From contig JBBRUX010000010.1 of NCBI GenBank assembly GCA_038247415.1, positions 1-64,000 on the forward strand: a stretch of DNA of 64,000 bases. The letters are read 5' to 3'. The notes under the pieces were generated by a model that did no database searches, was not told where the DNA came from, and was given only the letters and a program-made list of their open reading frames with translations. The position numbers and the translations under genes were made by a program. Every line of letters starts with the position of its first letter. Positions within the stretch are counted from its first letter, which is position 1. The DNA comes from Chitinivibrionales bacterium. GTDB lineage: Bacteria > Fibrobacterota > Chitinivibrionia > Chitinivibrionales > WJKA01. This document shows, one piece after another, positions 59,216-64,000 of the stretch.

Positions 59216-60219
59216 TGCTTCAGCGTATTTGGATCATGTGGCTTGCCCGCACTCGCGAGTTTTATCGCGATACGTCTGGATTGGCGTGGAATCTTCTCTT
59301 TCCGTTACTTATTATTGCAGGTTTTGCATTTGCATTCTCTGGTGATAAGCAAAATACCTTCAAGGTAGGGGTATATCCTCCAGAATCGCTTTCTGACAAA
59401 ACCGATTTTTTTGCAACAAAACATATCGAATTTATTCCGCAAAAAAATAAAGACGAAGCCTATGCAAAAGTAGGGCGCCACCAGATCGATTTGCTTGTCG
59501 TGTGGGGCGATACCGTTCAATATTGGATTAATCCGACTTCACCTAAGGGAGATCTTGTAGAAAAGGTCCTTCTGGGGTCAACAAAGTATCCAGTACTCCG
59601 TCAAGAGGCGCACGGTAAGCAGGTTCGCTATGTCGACTGGCTGGTGCCGGGAATTCTTGCGCTTAATATGATGTTTTCTGCCCTCTTTGGCGTAGGATAC
59701 GTAATTGTCCGCTATCGTATTAATGGTGTGCTCAAGCGGCTTAAGGCAACGCCTTTGCGTGCGTATGAATTTCTTGTTGCGCAAGTGCTCTCGCGCTTAG
59801 TGGTTATTATGGGGTCGTCGGTAGTGGTATTTGTTGGTGCAAATTTCTTTATTCATTTTAGTATGCTTGGATCTTGGTTATTGCTTTTGTCAGTTTTCGC
59901 ATTAGGAACGTTTTGCATGATATCGCTTGGGCTTGTATTTGCAGCCCGTTTCAAGAGCGAAGAAATGGTTTCGGGTATTCTTAATTTTTTAACCTGGCCT
60001 ATGATGTTTTTATCGGGGGTATGGTTTTCCCTCGAAGGTCTCCATCCGGTTTTTCAAAAAATTGCGCTGGCTTTTCCCCTTACGCATCTTATCAATGCAT
60101 CACGGGCTATTATGCTCGATGGAGCAGGCATTAATCAGGTCGCTTTACCTATGCTTATTCTTGCGGGAATGAGTGTTGTGTTTATTGGGGTTGGTGCGGT
60201 TTTGTTTAAATGGGAATAA
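59212..60219 (+). CDS. ABC-2 type exporter permease
   Basis: Six TMs; YVDWLVPG, GVLKRLKATP, PMMFLSGVWF and PLTH motifs. Confidence 0.92.
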   Translation: MMLQRIWIMWLARTREFYRDTSGLAWNLLFPLLIIAGFAFAFSGDKQNTFKVGVYPPESLSDKTDFFATKHIEFIPQKNKDEAYAKVGRHQIDLLVVWGDTVQYWINPTSPKGDLVEKVLLGSTKYPVLRQEAHGKQVRYVDWLVPGILALNMMFSALFGVGYVIVRYRINGVLKRLKATPLRAYEFLVAQVLSRLVVIMGSSVVVFVGANFFIHFSMLGSWLLLLSVFALGTFCMISLGLVFAARFKSEEMVSGILNFLTWPMMFLSGVWFSLEGLHPVFQKIALAFPLTHLINASRAIMLDGAGINQVALPMLILAGMSVVFIGVGAVLFKWE

Positions 60220-60246
60220 AAATATAAAAACAAGTCAGATAAGAAT

Positions 60247-60450
60247 GTGGGCGTTTCGGGTTCCCCGTCGCACCAACCCCTTCGGGCGCCCAAAGGAAGT
60301 ACCCTTGGGGTATTTTCCGATGCGGCTTCCTTTATGGGCTCTGGCTTTTCCAGCCGGTCTTTCATGCCATTCGGCACTACGTGCCTGAGGCATTCAAGAC
60401 TGAAAGCTTCACTCCGTTTTGCTTTCACCCTTCAGTCCTGGCTAACGTGC
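60247..60450. other. GC-rich multi-hairpin intergenic element (REP/MITE-like repeat or ncRNA candidate)
   Basis: Several nested inverted repeats (listed in findings) between convergent genes. Confidence 0.5.
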
Positions 60451-60537
60451 TTGACATGAGAATGTTGAACCTTGATTAAATTGGTTAGAGATCAAGGCCA
60501 TCACTCAAATCACAGTTCAGAAAATGGGTTTAGATCC

Positions 60538-62685
60538 TTACGGTGCTAGGTGCTTGAGTCTTAATGCTAATTTCTCGCCATCAATCAGCTTAATTTTTCT
60601 TTCTTTTCCTCTAATATTTAATGTAAATGCTACCGATTTCCATGCTTTGGGGAGAGTTGCGGCAAATGAGAGGCTGTTATCAATGAGTCTCATTTTGCAA
60701 AATCCTTCTAGAATTACACGCGATACAAGTGCACTGCAAGCAATGTGATGACCTGTAAATTCGCAGCAGGTGTGTAAATCTCGTAGGTCGATGTCGGCTG
60801 CAATCTGGTAAAGCCTGTACGCTTCATCGGTTAATCCTATATGGCTTGCGCATAGTGCATATGCTGGCTCGGATAATGAAGACAGATGCTTGCAGCGCTC
60901 GATATAATAATGATAATTTGATTCAAGCATTTTTCCGGTAAGGGAATCGGGATTTGCCAGGACCATTGCAATAACGTCGGCTTGTTTGCCAATTTGTTTT
61001 TCTGGGTGTTCGTAGAATCCATCGAATTGTTCAATGATGCCTAATTCATTGGGCTGTTTTTGTTTGATGCGATCGGCAACTTCTTTCCACTGTGCAAGTT
61101 CCAATGCATCGACTTTGCCAGCACAATATTCAATTGACCAAAGCAGGTTGAGCCGAGCCAAATGATTGGTATAAGCGTTGTTGTCAACGTTTTGATTGAA
61201 TTCGTCCGGGCCTGCAACAAATAAAATTTCGCCTTTTGCATTTGTTTTACTCGACCAGAATCTGGCTGTCTCAGCAAGGAGTTCCCAGCCTTTTGTTTCC
61301 ATAAATTCTGTATCGTGAGTCCATTTGAAATAGTCAACAACACCCCATGCAACTGCACCAACAATGTGTACTTGTGTGCGATTGAGAAGGATCCAGGGCG
61401 AAATGCCTTCTTCACCCGTTGGCGCAGATTCCCACGGAAACATTGTGCCTTTGTAGCCGTTGCGAAGTGCTTTCTCCTTGGCTGCAGGTATTCCTGCGTG
61501 ACGAAAGAGAAGATGGTTTTTTGCTTTTTCTGGGAATGTGCGAGTAATAAGAGGGAGGATATAGATATCCATATCCCAAAAAATAAGCCCATGATAACCT
61601 TCGTCGGAAAGGGCATTAAGGCCAATTGCAATTTTAGATGTGTCAAGCATTGCACACATGATCTGATAGGTACTATACCGAAGAGACTGCTGGTCGTTGA
61701 GGGGTCCATCGATAATGATATCTGCACGATTCCAAATTGCCTTCCAGCGTGCCCGATGCGATTGCAAATGTGCATCAAAGGTACGATAAGAAATTTCTTG
61801 TCCTATTTTTTGAGACGTTTCGTATGGCTTTAGTTCTAATCGCGTATGAGAAAGCGCAACAAAACGATCGATAACCAATTCGCCATTTCCTTTGATGCAA
61901 AAACAATCAGACGATGTCCCTTTAATAACAGTTCCAGTTCCCTTGGTAAGTGTGCAGCTCATGGAAATTCCGAGTTTCATATTTTTCTTGAGGGTAATTC
62001 CTTGCCAGATTACACTGTTTTCTGATGTGTTAAGGAACTTTTTAGATGCCCACAAGTCAAATGTTTTGCCACTCGCACGAACATTTTTAATGTCATCATC
62101 AATGCCAATATTTATTTCGCAGGTCTGTGAATGATTACATGGAGTAAGGGTTATCCGTTCGAAAACACAGGATGTTTGGTCTTTTGAAGCGAATCGCATT
62201 GCATGAAAATGCCAAGGGTTTCCATCGAGAAGAATGTCCCCTTCAATGTGCAACAAGGCACTTTGCATATCGAGAGTGCGTGTGAAGGCTTTAGTTTGTA
62301 CTTCTGAGCTAAAAGTGTAAAAGAGATTAGGCGATGCAACAAGAGCCCACTCACGACCATGCGCTCTAATAGATTCGTGTGTGGGGAAAAGTTCCTTGTC
62401 CCATAGTTGATCTGCTTCGGGTACCCAGTAAAGATCGGCTGGTCCATGTGCGTAAAGCCCATTGATATAGGTGCCTCGCGTTCCTTTAGGTCCAAAGGGA
62501 AGTGCAGCACGACAGCCAAAGTAACCGTTTGTAAGATGGTAAACGCATTCTTGCAGCCGCTCTGGTGTGGGTTCAGGAAGTTTTTTTGCACCAATGAGCC
62601 AATCTGAACCGGGTAACATATAAGTGCTTAACGAGTCTGAGCCTGGTTGTGGAGCGATAAGGGGAATAATGGTTGAGATTTCCAT
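60538..62685 (-). CDS. Glycoside hydrolase family 65 protein (alpha-glucoside phosphorylase/hydrolase)
   Basis: NGYFGCRA, YHGLIFWD, G.MFPWES, GPDEF (catalytic Glu), DNNAYTN, KQADV and SSLS motifs. Confidence 0.92.
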   Translation of the reverse strand: MEISTIIPLIAPQPGSDSLSTYMLPGSDWLIGAKKLPEPTPERLQECVYHLTNGYFGCRAALPFGPKGTRGTYINGLYAHGPADLYWVPEADQLWDKELFPTHESIRAHGREWALVASPNLFYTFSSEVQTKAFTRTLDMQSALLHIEGDILLDGNPWHFHAMRFASKDQTSCVFERITLTPCNHSQTCEINIGIDDDIKNVRASGKTFDLWASKKFLNTSENSVIWQGITLKKNMKLGISMSCTLTKGTGTVIKGTSSDCFCIKGNGELVIDRFVALSHTRLELKPYETSQKIGQEISYRTFDAHLQSHRARWKAIWNRADIIIDGPLNDQQSLRYSTYQIMCAMLDTSKIAIGLNALSDEGYHGLIFWDMDIYILPLITRTFPEKAKNHLLFRHAGIPAAKEKALRNGYKGTMFPWESAPTGEEGISPWILLNRTQVHIVGAVAWGVVDYFKWTHDTEFMETKGWELLAETARFWSSKTNAKGEILFVAGPDEFNQNVDNNAYTNHLARLNLLWSIEYCAGKVDALELAQWKEVADRIKQKQPNELGIIEQFDGFYEHPEKQIGKQADVIAMVLANPDSLTGKMLESNYHYYIERCKHLSSLSEPAYALCASHIGLTDEAYRLYQIAADIDLRDLHTCCEFTGHHIACSALVSRVILEGFCKMRLIDNSLSFAATLPKAWKSVAFTLNIRGKERKIKLIDGEKLALRLKHLAP

Positions 62686-63043
62686 ACAAGCCTTTCTGGG
62701 TGATGCGGTCTATTGAAACTTTGTCTGGTTAAATCTGGTTTGTGATTATTATACCTATTTTAGCTAAATTATGTCTGTAAATGTTCCAGCACTGTATTGA
62801 GTTTTTATGCAATTGTCTGGATGTGGGATAATAAACGACTTTTAGCGCGTATATAAGTCACATTTTTTGGAAATGTGAATTGAGCTTTTCGGGGCAACAG
62901 AAAACATACTTTTGCTCGCGGTAGGAAGGTGCTATTTTCTTTTGTAGATTGAACTGAAGACGCTCTGCTCCAGAGCATTCCCATGGCAGAGGTTCAATTA
63001 AAAAGAGCGATGTCGAATTTTCATTACAGAAAGCTTTAGCTCA

Positions 63044-64000
63044 ATGCTCGATCTTCATTTTGCCCCGTCAATAGATTTACTGGTGCCCATAATTCTAGAA
63101 CAGATGCAGGCGCAATGGGATGATCCATTGTGCTCTCCTCGTATTATTGTGCCTAATCCTGCAATCGGAAAATGGTTGACTATGAGGCTCGCCGATGGAA
63201 ATATATCGAGTACTGATAGTTTGCAAATTCGGAGGGGCATGGGATGTGTGGCAAATCTTGAGATGGTGCGGCTCGAGCACTATTTATGGAATATTCTTGC
63301 GCCTGCAGATACCATGTGTTTGCTTGACGTAGAGCATCTTATGCAAGTGGTATGCGGAATTCTTGACGAGAAACTGCTTGCTTCGGAATTATATCTTACC
63401 TTACGAGACTATGTATACACAAACGATGAAAAAATTGATTCGCTCAAACGAGTTCAACTTTCAGGTAGAATAGCGCATCTTTTTTTAGAATATGAATATA
63501 ACCGTCCGAGTGTGTGGCAATCGGACGGAAGTGGTACCTGGCGCAGTCATGGAATTGACGCTACGTGGCTTGCCGGTAAAAATTATTTTAAAAATGCCGA
63601 TAATGAAGCTTGGCAAAAAGATTTATATTGCAGATGTAGTACACTTCTTGGCAATAATAACCAATCGCCGTATATTTCTTTGCCGCATCTGTATCGGTTA
63701 CGGCGAGAAAATACCCTTAACCCGTGGGTTGTTCCCCCTTGTACTCTTTTTCTTTTTGGCGTAAGTAAAGTAAGTCACTTTCATAGAAATATTCTTGCAG
63801 AAATCTCTCAAATGCCTGGCGTAAACATGCGGTTATTTCTTACAAACCCTTGTGCCGAGTTCTGGGAGGATGTGAATACAAGCCGCACTGCTAAAATTCG
63901 ACGGTCATGGAATTCAAGTTCGATACTATCCGAGACCGGAATACCGTGCCGGAGCCAAGAGGACTATAGTAAGAATGAATTTAGAGAATTTGTATCGCTC
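63044..64000 (+). CDS. recC: Exodeoxyribonuclease V gamma subunit (5' part; runs off window)
   Basis: Not in the ORF track. Manual translation gives DPL...IIVPN...KWL...LA...GCVANL, RIAHLFLEYEYNRP, WQKDLY, LFLFGVS and NPCAEFWEDV, matching RecC N-terminal motifs. Confidence 0.85.
   Translation, partial: MLDLHFAPSIDLLVPIILEQMQAQWDDPLCSPRIIVPNPAIGKWLTMRLADGNISSTDSLQIRRGMGCVANLEMVRLEHYLWNILAPADTMCLLDVEHLMQVVCGILDEKLLASELYLTLRDYVYTNDEKIDSLKRVQLSGRIAHLFLEYEYNRPSVWQSDGSGTWRSHGIDATWLAGKNYFKNADNEAWQKDLYCRCSTLLGNNNQSPYISLPHLYRLRRENTLNPWVVPPCTLFLFGVSKVSHFHRNILAEISQMPGVNMRLFLTNPCAEFWEDVNTSRTAKIRRSWNSSSILSETGIPCRSQEDYSKNEFREFVSL

Noticed and set aside
60135..60459. Short ORFs over the structured element
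   Set aside because: No RBS or protein motifs; explained by GC-rich palindromic DNA lacking stop codons.
61041..61778. 245-aa alternative-frame ORF inside the GH65 gene
   Set aside because: Fully nested, no motif, and the GH65 frame is intact.
1..64000. CRISPR array, rRNA, transposase, prophage, reverse transcriptase
   Set aside because: No regularly spaced repeats or corresponding sequence or protein motifs were seen.

Overview
Gene-dense core-chromosome segment (GC roughly 40-45% by eye) of a diderm, LPS-producing bacterium. The gene content suggests the FCB supergroup, possibly Fibrobacterota (inference, not proven). In order it holds: mrdA(partial)-mreDCB; two PorV/PorQ-like beta-barrels plus a beta-propeller with a FlgD-Ig/CTD-like tail; lolA, ftsK and a stand-alone ThiD2-like gene; queDEC; a single-domain response regulator; secDF; tRNA-Arg(UCG); lysS; lolC/E-lolD; a MacAB-type ABC set; an incomplete T2SS/type IV filament cluster; a tightly packed mcsA-mcsB-clpC-tamB-bamA-skp-lpxD run; a divergent anmK-like gene; a TolC-MacAB-type exporter with two permeases; a HIT hydrolase; a GAF/HD-GYP protein with HD changed to YD; and tyrS. 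After tyrS is a ~2.2 kb patch of decayed genes (HU/H1-like fragment, broken PIN toxin with small partner, two lipoprotein pseudogenes). The window ends with an ABC-2 exporter, a ~200 nt highly structured intergenic element, a GH65 enzyme and the 5' part of recC. No CRISPR array, rRNA or transposase was seen. The most notable signals are the enrichment of the Bacteroidota-type O-glycosylation sequon D-(S/T)-(A/I/L/V/M/T) in exported proteins, a T9SS attachment-like module inside the division/shape locus, and the structured element. All calls come from motif recognition by eye; no database searches were run.
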